DNA of 64,000 nt from an uncultured Nitrospiraceae bacterium (GCA_963727775.1 CAVSHB010000001.1:1510199-1574198); one strand, 5' to 3'; positions 1-10,887 are shown, counted from the stretch's first letter. Notes: generated by a model not told the origin, from the sequence alone. Numbers and translations: made by a program.

Positions 1-7
1 GCCGAGG

Positions 8-211
8 GTGAGCCTGGACAGGGGGCCAGCGCTTTCTCCCCGCTTGCAGGCGTTGCTGGAGAAGAAGCGTCTGACGCTCTTGACGAGCACAGTGCAGGGC
101 AGACTGGAAAGGACGCTATCAAAGGCACAGGAAGCAAGGAAAGCGGAGACGCCTCAGTCGAAGGAGATAAAACCCTCCGGCGAAGCCTTGCGGAAAACTG
201 AGAAACCGTAG
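8..211 (+). CDS. C-terminal part of a hypothetical, probably IS-associated, protein
   Basis: ORF at the window edge directly upstream of the HTH/transposase pair; no recognisable motif. Confidence 0.35.
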   Translation: MSLDRGPALSPRLQALLEKKRLTLLTSTVQGRLERTLSKAQEARKAETPQSKEIKPSGEALRKTEKP

Positions 212-355
212 CGTAGAGACATCCTAATAATGGGGCAAGGCAGAAAACGGGTGATGGTTAAATATGGACCGAGTTGAGAAAATCGATTGTAGGGCTTCTG
301 AGGAAGGCGATTTTCTCTCAATCCGAAGATTTTTAGTTGTTAAAGGGAGTGTGCT

Positions 356-742
356 ATGAGCGACTCAAAGGATAAGGAGCGTGCCCGCCAAAGAGCAGCG
401 GTGGTGTTTGCCGTGCGCAGCGGCCAGATAACAGCCGAGGAGGGTGCGCGCCGACTGGGCGTGTCCCGCAAGACCTACTACGAATGGGAAAGCCGGGCAT
501 TACAGGCGATGACAGAAGCCATGGAAAACAAATCTGCCGGCAGACCGAACATGCCGCAGGACGAGGAGAAGCAGCGTTTACAGGAGGAGGTTACCGAACT
601 CCGGAAGAAGTTGTTTGTCGCTGAAAAGACGGTAGAAGTGCGGGATATGTTGCATGCGTATGAGTTGCAGAATGCCGGTGATAAGAAAAGCGTCCCGACA
701 AATCGGGAGGAAAAAAAACGAAAGCAAAGGAAGAAACGATAA
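356..742 (+). CDS. Transposase HTH subunit (OrfA-like)
   Basis: HTH AEEGARRLGVSRKTYYEW, GRP motif and coiled coil; GGGAG RBS. Confidence 0.8.
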   Translation: MSDSKDKERARQRAAVVFAVRSGQITAEEGARRLGVSRKTYYEWESRALQAMTEAMENKSAGRPNMPQDEEKQRLQEEVTELRKKLFVAEKTVEVRDMLHAYELQNAGDKKSVPTNREEKKRKQRKKR

Positions 743-747
743 CTCGT

Positions 748-1791
748 ATGCTTGCCATGATTGACCAGATCAGGGAGAGGACCGGGATGCCCTACAGAGC
801 GATCTGCTATGCCGTAAGACTGCCCTACCCGAGTTTTATGCGGTGGCGCATACGGCGCAAAAAAGATACGCCCTTGGTGCGGCAACCTGGTCCTCCCAAG
901 GTCAAGCCACCGGATTTTGGCAAGATTGAGCAGGATATAGCACAGTTATCTCACGGGCACAATCGCACGCAGGGAACCGGGGCGTTATATGTTCGCTACG
1001 GATCCACCGTATCAAGGCGGAAGCTGCATACAATGGTAGCAATGGCGCGGCACGATCTCAATACCTACCATCGTCAGAATCTGCGGCGCATCCGCTGGAA
1101 CGTGCCGAACGTCGCCTGGTCCATGGACCCCTGCGAATACGAACAGCGTGACGCAACTGGTGCAAAGGTATACCTGAACCAGATGCAAGATCTCGCGTCA
1201 CGCTATAAGTTTAATCCCATGACGGGAGAAGTTCCCTGCGGCGAAGAGATATCCGGCTATCTTGCGGCAACCTTCAATCGGTTTGGAGCACCCCTGTTCC
1301 TAAAACGGGACAATGGAGGTAACCTCAATCATGCAGCTGTCAATGACGTGCTTGCCGATTATTTTGTCCTACCGGTGAATAGCCCGGTCCATTATCCGCC
1401 TTATAACGGTGCGATCGAAGAGGCGCAAACCGAGCTGAAAAATGGGCTTGCCGCTAAGCTCTCGTACAGGCCCTTTTGCCCACGAGAACACATAGAGGCA
1501 TACGCCTCGACGGTTGAGCATGATCTTAATCACCAACCTCGTCCGTGCTTGAACGGTAACAACGCCTGCAGGGTGTACTTCATCGGAAAAAGAGCTTTTT
1601 CCAAATGGGAAAGGAGGGATGCCTATGTTTGGATAACGACCTTGCAGAGTGATATACTTTGCAGTGAAGGGGTTCAGCCCCAGGCGGCTTGGCGCATCGC
1701 CGTGGAGGCATGGCTGAACATGAAAGGCTTTATTACGATTACGATTAATGGAAAAGTGTTACCCAATTTTTTCTCATTTCGGTATCATTAA
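748..1791 (+). CDS. Integrase-core (rve, DDE) transposase
   Basis: WSMD, QDLASRY, KRDNGG and YNGAIEE motifs. Confidence 0.85.
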   Translation: MLAMIDQIRERTGMPYRAICYAVRLPYPSFMRWRIRRKKDTPLVRQPGPPKVKPPDFGKIEQDIAQLSHGHNRTQGTGALYVRYGSTVSRRKLHTMVAMARHDLNTYHRQNLRRIRWNVPNVAWSMDPCEYEQRDATGAKVYLNQMQDLASRYKFNPMTGEVPCGEEISGYLAATFNRFGAPLFLKRDNGGNLNHAAVNDVLADYFVLPVNSPVHYPPYNGAIEEAQTELKNGLAAKLSYRPFCPREHIEAYASTVEHDLNHQPRPCLNGNNACRVYFIGKRAFSKWERRDAYVWITTLQSDILCSEGVQPQAAWRIAVEAWLNMKGFITITINGKVLPNFFSFRYH

Positions 1792-1931
1792 CTCTTGGCG
1801 TGCACAGCGGTGTGGAACCGATAAAAACGAGTGAAATTCTACCTACTTTGCAGGAGGAGGTTTTCGTTATGGTAATACCGCGTTTGATGAAAGTGAACGC
1901 TTTATATAGAATATAACAAGGAGGCTGCCAT

Positions 1932-2129
1932 ATGGGAACATCAATAAAAGATTTGAGCGTTGAGGAATTACAAACGCTTATATCAAATACTGTCAGAGAA
2001 ACGATGGAAGATGTGATCGAAGATATGCTCGCGCTTTCGAGTGAAAATTTTCTACTTTCGATAGAACAGTCAAGAAAAGATTACAAAGAAGGCAGAATAA
2101 AATCATTCGAAGAAGTCTTTAATGTTTAA
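1932..2129 (+). CDS. Putative type II antitoxin
   Basis: AAGGAGG RBS; small acidic protein ending SIEQSRKDYKEGRIKSFEEVF; stop overlaps the ATG of a RelE-like remnant. Confidence 0.65.
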   Translation: MGTSIKDLSVEELQTLISNTVRETMEDVIEDMLALSSENFLLSIEQSRKDYKEGRIKSFEEVFNV

Positions 2130-2180
2130 GATCGTCATAACTGACAGGCATTAAAAGACATTTGAAGATCCTGCAGATAT
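2122..2180 (+). pseudogene. RelE/ParE-like toxin remnant
   Basis: ATG overlapping the antitoxin end reads MFKIVITDR, then ALKD in a shifted frame (typical RelE N-terminus); early stop. Confidence 0.5.
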
Positions 2181-2294
2181 AAACCCTCCACTCCCGTCCT
2201 TGCCTTCGGCGCATATTTCTGATAGCATTCAACGTAAGGGACACAGGTTCTCGAAAGACAAGAATATGACCGGCAACACCAAAGGAGGCACACA

Positions 2295-2411
2295 ATGGGA
2301 GACAAAGGCGGCAAAAAGGACAAAGAGAAGGGCCAGAAACAGAAGGCGATGAAACAGGCAATAGATATAAAAGAGAAGAAGGACAAACAACCAAAAAGCG
2401 CACTGAAATAG
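2295..2411 (+). CDS. 38-aa Lys-rich small protein MGDKGGKKDKEKGQKQKAMKQAIDIKEKKDKQPKSALK
   Basis: AAAGGAGG RBS at 2281-2288, ATG 2295, TAG 2409-2411; below the ORF-track cutoff. Confidence 0.65.
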   Translation: MGDKGGKKDKEKGQKQKAMKQAIDIKEKKDKQPKSALK

Positions 2412-2527
2412 GGAGCTGGATTCAACCGATAGAAAAAAGAAGAAGAGGGTGCAAATAACCGGCAATTGATAACACAACTACGGAATAGTACTATTATTAA
2501 AGATAATCTTTTTAACAAGGCAAGTAA

Positions 2528-5056
2528 TTGAATTTGGACCCTCAACCGGCATTTTGGAGCATCCCCGCTGCTGATCTTCTTCAGCAACTGCAGACAACTC
2601 CCCAGGGACTGACAAATGATGAAGCGCGGCAGCGCTTTGTCCGCTACGGCGCCAATCTTCTGAAGCCCAAAAAGAGATCGAACACACTCACTCTTCTGCT
2701 TTCTCAATTTAAAAGCCCGCTCATCCTTATCCTCATCTTTGCGGTTGGACTGTCATTTTTCCTGCACGATCCCGTCAATGCCGGCATCATCCTGACAATC
2801 GTATTAGTAAGCGGTCTTCTCGGTTTCTGGCAGGAACGCGGAGCGGCAAATGCGGTCGAAAAATTGCTCTCCATTGTACAGATAAAAGCCGAGGTGCTGC
2901 GTGATGGCGCAACGAGGGAAATCCCCGTTGAGGAGATAGTACCCGGAGATATCGTCATATTCAACGCCGGCGACGTTATTCCCGGAGACTGCCTGATTAC
3001 CGAATCGAAAGACCTTTTTGTAGATGAAGCTGCCCTTACAGGTGAAACTTACCCCGAAGATAAGATGCCGGGAATACTGCCGGAAGAAACTCCTTTGGCT
3101 CAGCGGACGAACACTCTATTCATGGGAACGCATGTAGTCAGCGGCAATGCAAAAGCACTGGTTGTCCGTACGGGCAAGGGAACTGAATTCGGAAAGGTTT
3201 CCGAACGATTGGCGCTCAGGCCGCCTGAGACGGAATTTGAGCACGGTGTCAGGAGATTCGGCTACTTTCTAATGGAGGTCACACTACTGCTGGTAATTAT
3301 CATTTTTGCAGTCAATGTGTACCTGGCGCGCCCGGTTCTGGATTCGTTTCTTTTTTCCTTGGCACTGGCCGTCGGATTGACCCCGCAGCTGCTGCCTGCG
3401 ATTATCAGTGTCAATCTTGCGCACGGCGCAAAATACATGGCGCTCAAAAAAGTAATTGTGAAACGACTTGCCTCTATCGAAAACTTCGGCAGCATGAATG
3501 TCCTCTGCTCTGATAAGACCGGCACTTTAACAGAGGGAGTAGTACATCTGCAGTCTGCCCTTAATATAAATGGGAATGAGAGCGAAAAAGTCCTGCTCTT
3601 CGCCTACCTCAATTCTTTTTACGAGAAGGGATTCACAAATCCGATTGATGAAGCTATATGCTCCTATCGCAAATTTGACGTATCAGATTATGAGAAGCTT
3701 GATGAAGAGCCGTATGACTTCATTCGTAAGCGATTAAGCATCCTGGTATCTAAAGGTAACGCACATCTTATGATTACGAAAGGGGCGTTACGAAATGTGC
3801 TTGATGCATGCTCAACAGCAGAAGATTCGACTGGCGCAATTGTGGATATCGCAGGAGTCCGCGAAGTAATACAGCGCCGCTTTGAGGAACTCAGCGGCCA
3901 AGGCCTGCGTACGATAGGCATTGCCTACAGGGATATGGGAGTGGCTGCGGAAATTACAAAAGATCATGAAGCTGATATGACGTTTTTAGGGTTCCTTGTT
4001 CTTTTCGATCCGGTCAAACCCGGAATCGTTGAAACCATCTCGGAACTACGCGGCCTCGGAATTTCGCTCAAGGTCATCACCGGAGACAACCGTCTGGTCG
4101 CAGCCCACCTCAGTCGTCAGGTCGGCTTATCGGATGCAAAAATTCTTGCGGGACCGGACCTTCGCCGGATGAGCGATGAAGCGCTGCTCAAACGGGTCAA
4201 TGAAGCGGATGTTTTCGCGGAAGTCGAACCTAATCAGAAGGAGCGCATCATCCTTGCGCTGAAAAAGGCAAAAAATGTCGTGGGGTACATGGGAGATGGC
4301 ATTAACGATGCTTCAGCGCTCCATGCCGCCGACGTGGGCATATCTGTGGACAGCGCCGTTGATGTTGCGAAAGACGCAGCCGATATCGTACTCCTGGAAA
4401 AAAATCTTGCTGTTCTTGTGCAGGGCGTGCGGGAAGGAAGAAGAACTTTTGCCAATACTCTCAAGTATGTGTTTATGGCGACAAGCGCTAATTTTGGTAA
4501 TATGTTCAGCATGGCAGGGGCATCTCTTTTCCTGCCCTTTCTCCCTTTACTTCCAAAGCAGATCCTGCTTACCAATTTACTTACGGATTTTCCGGAGATG
4601 ACTATTGCCACTGATAACGTGGACAAAGAATTAGTTGAAAAACCCCGGCGATGGAACATAGCTTTCATACGCAAATTCATGATGACTTTCGGTCTTTTGA
4701 GTTCCGTGTTTGACTATCTCACCTTTGGAGTACTGTTCCTCATCCTGCATGCTGCACCCGAAGAATTCAGAGCCGGTTGGTTTCTGGAGTCTGTCATCTC
4801 AGCGTCATTGGTTGTACTTGTTGTGCGTACAAGGATGCCCTTTTTCAAAAGCATTCCAGGGAAATATCTGTTGACGGCAACACTGCTGGTTATCAGCATT
4901 ACGCTTGCTTTGCCTTTCATTCCAGTCGGAAGAAAGCTCTTTGGATTTACAGCCTTGCCGATCTCCTTTCTTATATTGATGGGAGTAATCGTAGCTCTAT
5001 ACATTATCTCAGCCGAAGTGCTGAAAAAGGTATTTTACAAAAGGGTGAAATTTTGA
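2528..5056 (+). CDS. mgtA: Magnesium-translocating P-type ATPase
   Basis: DKTGTLT phosphorylation motif, TGET, GDGIND, PYDFIRKR, SANFGNMFS. Confidence 0.9.
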   Translation: MNLDPQPAFWSIPAADLLQQLQTTPQGLTNDEARQRFVRYGANLLKPKKRSNTLTLLLSQFKSPLILILIFAVGLSFFLHDPVNAGIILTIVLVSGLLGFWQERGAANAVEKLLSIVQIKAEVLRDGATREIPVEEIVPGDIVIFNAGDVIPGDCLITESKDLFVDEAALTGETYPEDKMPGILPEETPLAQRTNTLFMGTHVVSGNAKALVVRTGKGTEFGKVSERLALRPPETEFEHGVRRFGYFLMEVTLLLVIIIFAVNVYLARPVLDSFLFSLALAVGLTPQLLPAIISVNLAHGAKYMALKKVIVKRLASIENFGSMNVLCSDKTGTLTEGVVHLQSALNINGNESEKVLLFAYLNSFYEKGFTNPIDEAICSYRKFDVSDYEKLDEEPYDFIRKRLSILVSKGNAHLMITKGALRNVLDACSTAEDSTGAIVDIAGVREVIQRRFEELSGQGLRTIGIAYRDMGVAAEITKDHEADMTFLGFLVLFDPVKPGIVETISELRGLGISLKVITGDNRLVAAHLSRQVGLSDAKILAGPDLRRMSDEALLKRVNEADVFAEVEPNQKERIILALKKAKNVVGYMGDGINDASALHAADVGISVDSAVDVAKDAADIVLLEKNLAVLVQGVREGRRTFANTLKYVFMATSANFGNMFSMAGASLFLPFLPLLPKQILLTNLLTDFPEMTIATDNVDKELVEKPRRWNIAFIRKFMMTFGLLSSVFDYLTFGVLFLILHAAPEEFRAGWFLESVISASLVVLVVRTRMPFFKSIPGKYLLTATLLVISITLALPFIPVGRKLFGFTALPISFLILMGVIVALYIISAEVLKKVFYKRVKF

Positions 5057-5081
5057 AAGATAATTGTTCATATTATTAGCT

Positions 5082-6557
5082 ATGACGGATCCAAGCATTA
5101 AAGGTCATCGCGCTATACTGCAGAGAATTGCCCGCCGGGCGATGATCATGCGCGGCCTGTTTCCTGATTTTTCCCCCGAGGCGTTGTCCGAACTCAACAA
5201 AATCAATGCGCCTGCAATAAGAACGGAAGAACCGATACGTGATCTCAAAAACCTCCCGTGGTGTTCAATCGACAATGATGATTCACGTGATCTGGACCAG
5301 CTTACTATTGCCGAGGGAATGTCTGACGGTTCAGTGAAGGTCCTGGTCGCTGTCGCAGACGTAGACGCTATTGTCAGGAAGGGTTCGGCCATCGACGCTC
5401 ATGCGCGGCAGAACACTACCTCTGTCTATACTGCCGCCGAGACATTTCCTATGATTCCCGAAAAATTGTCAACCGATCTTACCTCCCTTAATTACGGGAC
5501 AGATCGTCTTGCCATCATAATTGAGATGGTGATTGCCCAGGATGGCTCGCTCCAGACTTCCGGGATCTATGGAGCAACGGTGCATAACCATGCAAAGCTT
5601 GCATACAACAGTGTCGCTGCCTGGCTTGAAGGTAACGGCCCCATGCCGGAAGGTATTGGTGCAGTTGAGGGGCTTGACGAGAACCTTCGCATTCAGGACC
5701 GGCTTGCTCAAAGTATGAAAGCTTTCCGGCATGTGCATGGAGCCCTGAATCTCGAAACTATAGAGGCGCGCCCGGTGTTTGATGCAGATGAGTTGCGGGG
5801 ACTTGAAGTCGAAAGCAAGAATAGGGCTAAAGATATCATTGAAGATTTCATGATTGCGGCTAATGGCGTAACCGCCCGATATCTTTCTTCCAAAATGTTT
5901 CCCTCTCTGCGGCGTGTAGTCCACACGCCTAAACGCTGGGACCGAATCATGGAGATTGCCTCAGAGTCAGGATATGCGCTGCCCCCGAAGCCGGATGTAA
6001 GGTCGCTGGAGCAGTTCCTGGTAAAAACAAAAACTGCTGATCCCCTGCGCTTTCCCGATCTCTCTCTGAGTATTATCAAGCTGCTGGGACCGGGTGAATA
6101 CACAATTGAATTTCCAGGAAACAGTTCAGAAGGGCATTTTGGACTTGCAGTTAAGGATTATACCCACTCCACGGCCCCTAATCGCCGGTACCCCGATCTC
6201 ATTACGCAACGATTGCTGAAAGCTGCAATAGCTGAACACCTCGTACCCTATGTAAAAGATGATCTGGAAGCTTTAGCCCGCCACTGTACGGAAGAAGAGG
6301 ACGCAGCAAAGAAGGTCGAACGCCAGGTAGAAAAATCTGCAGCAGCAATGCTCTTGGAGTCAAAAATCGGGGAACAATTTGATGCTATTGTGACCGGCGC
6401 AGCTCCCAAAGGCACATGGGTTCGTCTTCTTCAGTTGCCCATTGAAGGGAAATTAGTACAAGGGTTCAAAGGTATGGACATAGGCCGGCGGATTCGCGTA
6501 CAGCTGATTCACACTGACGTGGAGCAGGGATTCATCGACTTCAAGAAAATTGAGTGA
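5082..6557 (+). CDS. RNB-domain exoribonuclease (RNase II/R family)
   Basis: SIDNDDSRDLDQ catalytic motif, YTHSTAPNRRYPDL, C-terminal S1-like region. Confidence 0.9.
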   Translation: MTDPSIKGHRAILQRIARRAMIMRGLFPDFSPEALSELNKINAPAIRTEEPIRDLKNLPWCSIDNDDSRDLDQLTIAEGMSDGSVKVLVAVADVDAIVRKGSAIDAHARQNTTSVYTAAETFPMIPEKLSTDLTSLNYGTDRLAIIIEMVIAQDGSLQTSGIYGATVHNHAKLAYNSVAAWLEGNGPMPEGIGAVEGLDENLRIQDRLAQSMKAFRHVHGALNLETIEARPVFDADELRGLEVESKNRAKDIIEDFMIAANGVTARYLSSKMFPSLRRVVHTPKRWDRIMEIASESGYALPPKPDVRSLEQFLVKTKTADPLRFPDLSLSIIKLLGPGEYTIEFPGNSSEGHFGLAVKDYTHSTAPNRRYPDLITQRLLKAAIAEHLVPYVKDDLEALARHCTEEEDAAKKVERQVEKSAAAMLLESKIGEQFDAIVTGAAPKGTWVRLLQLPIEGKLVQGFKGMDIGRRIRVQLIHTDVEQGFIDFKKIE

Positions 6558-7776
6558 CATGCTGCTTTCAGAAATTGAGATAAGGAGTAAGGTACTCAGA
6601 GACCGCTATAACTCTATCGTCTTCGAAAAGGGAAGGGGAAAGGTTTACCTTGTTGGTGGATATGTACGTGACATTTTGAGAGGAATAAAATCTCAGGACA
6701 GAGATTATATCGTCTTCGGAAATCTCAGGTCTTTTGTAAATGATATAAAGAGAAATACTGGAGGGAGCGTTGTTGAATTCAAAACTGAAGGAACGATCAG
6801 GATAGCTTTTACAAAAGGAGTCACCCTGGATTTTTCATCGCCGATTGGAACACTTGGAGAAGATTTGTCCAGAAGAGATTTCACGATTAATGCCATGGCC
6901 TGGTATCCTCAAAGCGGGCTTATAGACTTATACAATGGAATAGATGATTTAAATAAGAAAAGGATATGTTTAGTTTCAAAAGAAAATATGATTTCTGATC
7001 CTTTGAGGATGTTGAGGGCATACAGATTTGCAGCCGAACTCGAAGGATCTTTAGATGAAAGAACGCGAAATATTATAAAAACACTCCACAACAATATCAA
7101 AGATGTGTCTCATGAAAGAATTACTTTAGAATTATTTAATTTGTTAAACTCGAATCATCCGGCAAAATACCTTACGATGGCTTTGTCCGACCGCCTTTTG
7201 AATAATATTTTATTGTTACCGGATAATATATTAGAAAATAATATTAGAGCAATTTCTAAGCTTGAACACATCACCTTTAAGTGTATATCGAGTAATATTA
7301 AAGCATTACTTAAGAAATCATTTTCCCAAAACCTTACTTATAAAGGATTATTATGTTTGGAACTGATAATGCGGCAACATCATTCTTCTGCAAATATGGA
7401 AAATATCAACTTAAGACTGAGTAATATTATAAGAAAACGGATCGCTATAGCTCATAGAGGGATTAGAGAATTACATGCAGCACAAAGGAACCTTAAAGAA
7501 AAATTATTTGACGTGTTTAAAAACTCTGGAGAAGCATCACTTGATATATTGATAATATCGAATAGGTTAGACCTTTTGACATATTTAAGAAGATATACAA
7601 AGATTATTAGGAAAGGAATTTTAAGTTCAGAAGAAATAATCAACACTTCGGGGATCAATCCCGGCCCTGAATTAGGGAACATGATACTGCAACTCCAAAA
7701 AGCCCAGTTCGAAAAAAGGGTAAATTCAAAAAGCAGGGCAATAAAATTCATCAGAGAAATTAGAGGTTCCGTATAG
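6550..7776 (+). CDS. tRNA nucleotidyltransferase / poly(A) polymerase family
   Basis: VGGYVRD, DRD, DLSRRDFTINAMA, DPLRMLRAYRF, ERI. Confidence 0.9.
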   Translation: MSDMLLSEIEIRSKVLRDRYNSIVFEKGRGKVYLVGGYVRDILRGIKSQDRDYIVFGNLRSFVNDIKRNTGGSVVEFKTEGTIRIAFTKGVTLDFSSPIGTLGEDLSRRDFTINAMAWYPQSGLIDLYNGIDDLNKKRICLVSKENMISDPLRMLRAYRFAAELEGSLDERTRNIIKTLHNNIKDVSHERITLELFNLLNSNHPAKYLTMALSDRLLNNILLLPDNILENNIRAISKLEHITFKCISSNIKALLKKSFSQNLTYKGLLCLELIMRQHHSSANMENINLRLSNIIRKRIAIAHRGIRELHAAQRNLKEKLFDVFKNSGEASLDILIISNRLDLLTYLRRYTKIIRKGILSSEEIINTSGINPGPELGNMILQLQKAQFEKRVNSKSRAIKFIREIRGSV

Positions 7777-8137
7777 ATAGTGCAAGTGCTAATTTAGTTT
7801 GATTAAGCTTAAAAGCTTCTTTAACAATTAATAAAAATCTATACTCTGCTTTAGGCTTTTACTATAACTCCCTATGAATTCACAACATTTGACCGAGAGA
7901 CGTTATTGGGGGTATACGAAAGAAATAAATATAATGAATCAGATGCTTTACAAATAAACATGCCCGCAAGAAAGCCTACTTTACATAATATATATTATCA
8001 GACATTGTAAATAAACAAGCGTTGTTAATAACCTGTTATTAATACTGTTTGGATATTATCTCTCTCCTTGAGGATTATAGGGTCAACCGTCTTTGATTAG
8101 GATTTAGGCACGGGAAATATTTCGCATTTATAACACC

Positions 8138-9376
8138 TTACATGTTATCTATGGGAATTCCTTTTAACAAATTCCCTTCGATGCATACAATCCCTACATG
8201 CACAAGGGATTTGGGGTTATACCTATCAGACGGTATCTTTACTTTCAGGTAATTGCTTGATGTTCCGAGTGCCGCGCTATCATCACCCCTACCTTCTACA
8301 ACAATATCAAGGGTCTTGCCAATATGCGCAGACATGTAGGCGAGCTTTTTCGCGCTGTTTAAGGCATTCAGCCCATCAAAGCGTTCTTTCTTTTCAGAAG
8401 ATGTAAGTTGCATGGGCATTTTTAAAGCTATTGTATTTGGTCTGGGTGAAAATGGGAAAATATGCATATATGTTATAGGCAATGATTCCAAAATCCGTTT
8501 GGTATTTAAATATTCTTTGTTGCTTTCTCCAGGGAATCCGACTATTACATCTGTTCCAATAGACATCCCAGGCGACTTTTTAATAATATTTTCTATTACG
8601 CTTATGTATTCTTCCGCAGTATATGTCCTGTTCATACGCGCTAAAATAGTGTTGTCTCCGCTTTGCAATGGGATATGCACATGTTGGCATATGCGGTTTT
8701 CCTGGAGCAGTTCAACTATTTCATCATGTATTTCATTTACTTCAATAGAGCTTAGTCGTATACGGTTTATTTTTGTTTTATATAGTATAGTTTTAAGTAA
8801 TTGTGAAAGTTTTGATTTATGTTTTAAGTCATATCCGAAGGAGCCAAGATGAATACCCGTCAACACAATTTCTTTATATCCTGCCGACACGAAATTATCA
8901 ACTTGTTCAATTATCTCTGCGATATTGGTGCTTATAGATCTTCCTCTTGATTTAGGAACAATACAATAAGTACATGCATTATTGCATCCGTCCTGCACCT
9001 TTATATATGGCCTCGCTTTCGAGCTGTAGCTTAAATTGTTGCTTGCGGTTATATTAGTTATCTTATTAATAATATGCAATTTATTATTATTCTCAACAAT
9101 ATCAACAGACCCATCTATATTCTTTATTTCATTATGGTTTAATTGCGAGTAACAGCCGGTAACAATTACCTTTGCCCCTGTTTTAACGGCCCTTCTTATT
9201 AGCTGGCGTGATTGATAATCGCTCTTTGCGGTGACTGTGCAGGTATTCACTACGCAGTAATCAGGATGCTCAGATAAGCCGACAATTGAACATCCGCAAT
9301 AGCGAAGGTTGCCTTCTATTGTAATGCTTTCCGCCTGGTTAACCTTGCACCCGAGGGTAAGGATTGAGACCTTCAT
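8138..9376 (-). CDS. mtaB: tRNA t6A37 methylthiotransferase MtaB
   Basis: TLGCKVNQAE, NTCTVT, radical SAM QDGCNNACTYC, HIFPFSPRPNT. Confidence 0.88.
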   Translation of the reverse strand: MKVSILTLGCKVNQAESITIEGNLRYCGCSIVGLSEHPDYCVVNTCTVTAKSDYQSRQLIRRAVKTGAKVIVTGCYSQLNHNEIKNIDGSVDIVENNNKLHIINKITNITASNNLSYSSKARPYIKVQDGCNNACTYCIVPKSRGRSISTNIAEIIEQVDNFVSAGYKEIVLTGIHLGSFGYDLKHKSKLSQLLKTILYKTKINRIRLSSIEVNEIHDEIVELLQENRICQHVHIPLQSGDNTILARMNRTYTAEEYISVIENIIKKSPGMSIGTDVIVGFPGESNKEYLNTKRILESLPITYMHIFPFSPRPNTIALKMPMQLTSSEKKERFDGLNALNSAKKLAYMSAHIGKTLDIVVEGRGDDSAALGTSSNYLKVKIPSDRYNPKSLVHVGIVCIEGNLLKGIPIDNM

Positions 9377-10692
9377 TATCCGATGGAATTTCCTTCAAGA
9401 GAATGTTTTCTGCCCTTTGTAATTTTAACGTTTATTAGTGTGCCGCGCACAACATTATCTCCGGGGTTCTTGGTGATAGTTATTATTTTATTCGATCTTG
9501 TCCTGCCTGCTAATTTTTCCTTATCCGTTTCGCTGTCTCCCTCGATAAGTATTTCCTGGACTGTTCCTTCCAAAGACTTGTTTTTTTTCATTGTTATCTC
9601 ATCCTGAATACCAAGGATTTCATTAAGCCGCCCGGTCTTTAACTCATCCGGTAGTTGGTCCTGCATAACAGCAGCCTTTGTGTGAGGCCTAGGAGAATAA
9701 TTGAAGGCGAATACACCATCAAATTCGATATCTTTTAATGCGCCGATAGTAAGGAGATGATCCTTCTCCGTCTCGCCGGGAAATCCCGCGATTATATCGG
9801 AAGTTATCGCCATAGACGGGATCTTCTCCCTCAGATCCAAGACCTTTCTTATATACTCATCGTGTGTATAACCCCTGTTCATTAACTTTAATATAGCGCT
9901 TGAGCCTGACTGCATAGGCAGATGAATGTGCTCGCATACCTTGGATAGTTCGGACATGGCGTCTATCAGTTCTGCAGATAGGTCTTTGGGATGTGAAGTT
10001 ACAAAGCGTATTCTCTCGATACCTTCCACTTCATTAAGCTTTTTTAGCAGTCCCGGGAAGTCCGTATCACTTCTATATGAATTGACATTCTGTCCAAGCA
10101 GGGTTATTTCCTTATAGCCCTTTTCTGCAAGGTCAGAGACCTCTGAATAGATATTTTCACTCGGTCTCGATTTCTCCCTGCCCCGCGTGTAAGGGACAAT
10201 ACAATAGCTGCAGAAATTATTACATCCATACATTATAGTCACCCAGGCTTTAACTCCATCTTCCCTTTTCGCAGGAAGGTCTTTCAGAGCTATGTGCGGA
10301 TTATCTTCAACAGCAACAACCTCAGTCATTTTGCTTGAAATACCATCGAGAAAATGTATGTTCTGGGGCCCGAATATATAATCCACATGCGGCGCCTTTT
10401 TTAGTATGTTCCTGCCTTCATTCTGCGCGATACAACCGGCAACGGCAATTTTCAATTCCGGTCTGTGTTTTTTGTATGATTTCATCCTGCCCAGTTCACT
10501 GTAAAACTTCTGTTCCGCTTTCTGTCTTATACTGCATGTATTGAAAACGATCAAATCAGCGTGCTGCGGGTTGTGAATTTGGGAATAACCTTCTTTTTGT
10601 AATACTCCAAGAATCTTCTCGGAGTCGTGGACATTCATCTGGCAGCCAAAGGTGTGAATATATACTCTTTTATTCATTTTAAAATGTAACAT
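9376..10692 (-). CDS. miaB: tRNA i6A37 methylthiotransferase MiaB
   Basis: TFGCQMNVHDSE, NTCSIR, GCNNFCSYC, TSHP, TRAM domain. Confidence 0.93.
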   Translation of the reverse strand: MLHFKMNKRVYIHTFGCQMNVHDSEKILGVLQKEGYSQIHNPQHADLIVFNTCSIRQKAEQKFYSELGRMKSYKKHRPELKIAVAGCIAQNEGRNILKKAPHVDYIFGPQNIHFLDGISSKMTEVVAVEDNPHIALKDLPAKREDGVKAWVTIMYGCNNFCSYCIVPYTRGREKSRPSENIYSEVSDLAEKGYKEITLLGQNVNSYRSDTDFPGLLKKLNEVEGIERIRFVTSHPKDLSAELIDAMSELSKVCEHIHLPMQSGSSAILKLMNRGYTHDEYIRKVLDLREKIPSMAITSDIIAGFPGETEKDHLLTIGALKDIEFDGVFAFNYSPRPHTKAAVMQDQLPDELKTGRLNEILGIQDEITMKKNKSLEGTVQEILIEGDSETDKEKLAGRTRSNKIITITKNPGDNVVRGTLINVKITKGRKHSLEGNSIG

Positions 10693-10741
10693 GTATTTTC
10701 TTGTTATGACAAGGCTGGTAAGGATATGTCAGTGATTTATC

Positions 10742-10770
10742 TTGACGGCAAAAACTTGATTTGCTAAGTT
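10742..10770 (+). promoter_or_regulatory. Candidate sigma70 promoter for the secA operon
   Basis: TTGACG-N17-TAAGTT upstream of secA. Confidence 0.4.
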
Positions 10771-10887
10771 TATGTTATTGGATTGCAGCAGGCGTGATTT
10801 CTATAATAATAGTTATGCATGGCCGGTTCATCTTATTCGCCTGCTAATTCTTGAAATAATAACTCTCTTAATCTTATTATATTAGCT

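Larger units (their letters stand above)
1..1806 (+). mobile_element. IS element (IS3/IS481-like DDE), left end outside window
   Basis: HTH ORF followed by an integrase-core ORF; sequence ends ...GGCGTGCACA (CA terminus) 15 nt after the transposase stop. Right boundary is approximate. Confidence 0.65.

Noticed and set aside
2119..2707. Minus-strand hydrophobic ORFs upstream of mgtA
   Set aside because: Antisense shadows of the A-rich small ORF and mgtA; no motifs or RBS
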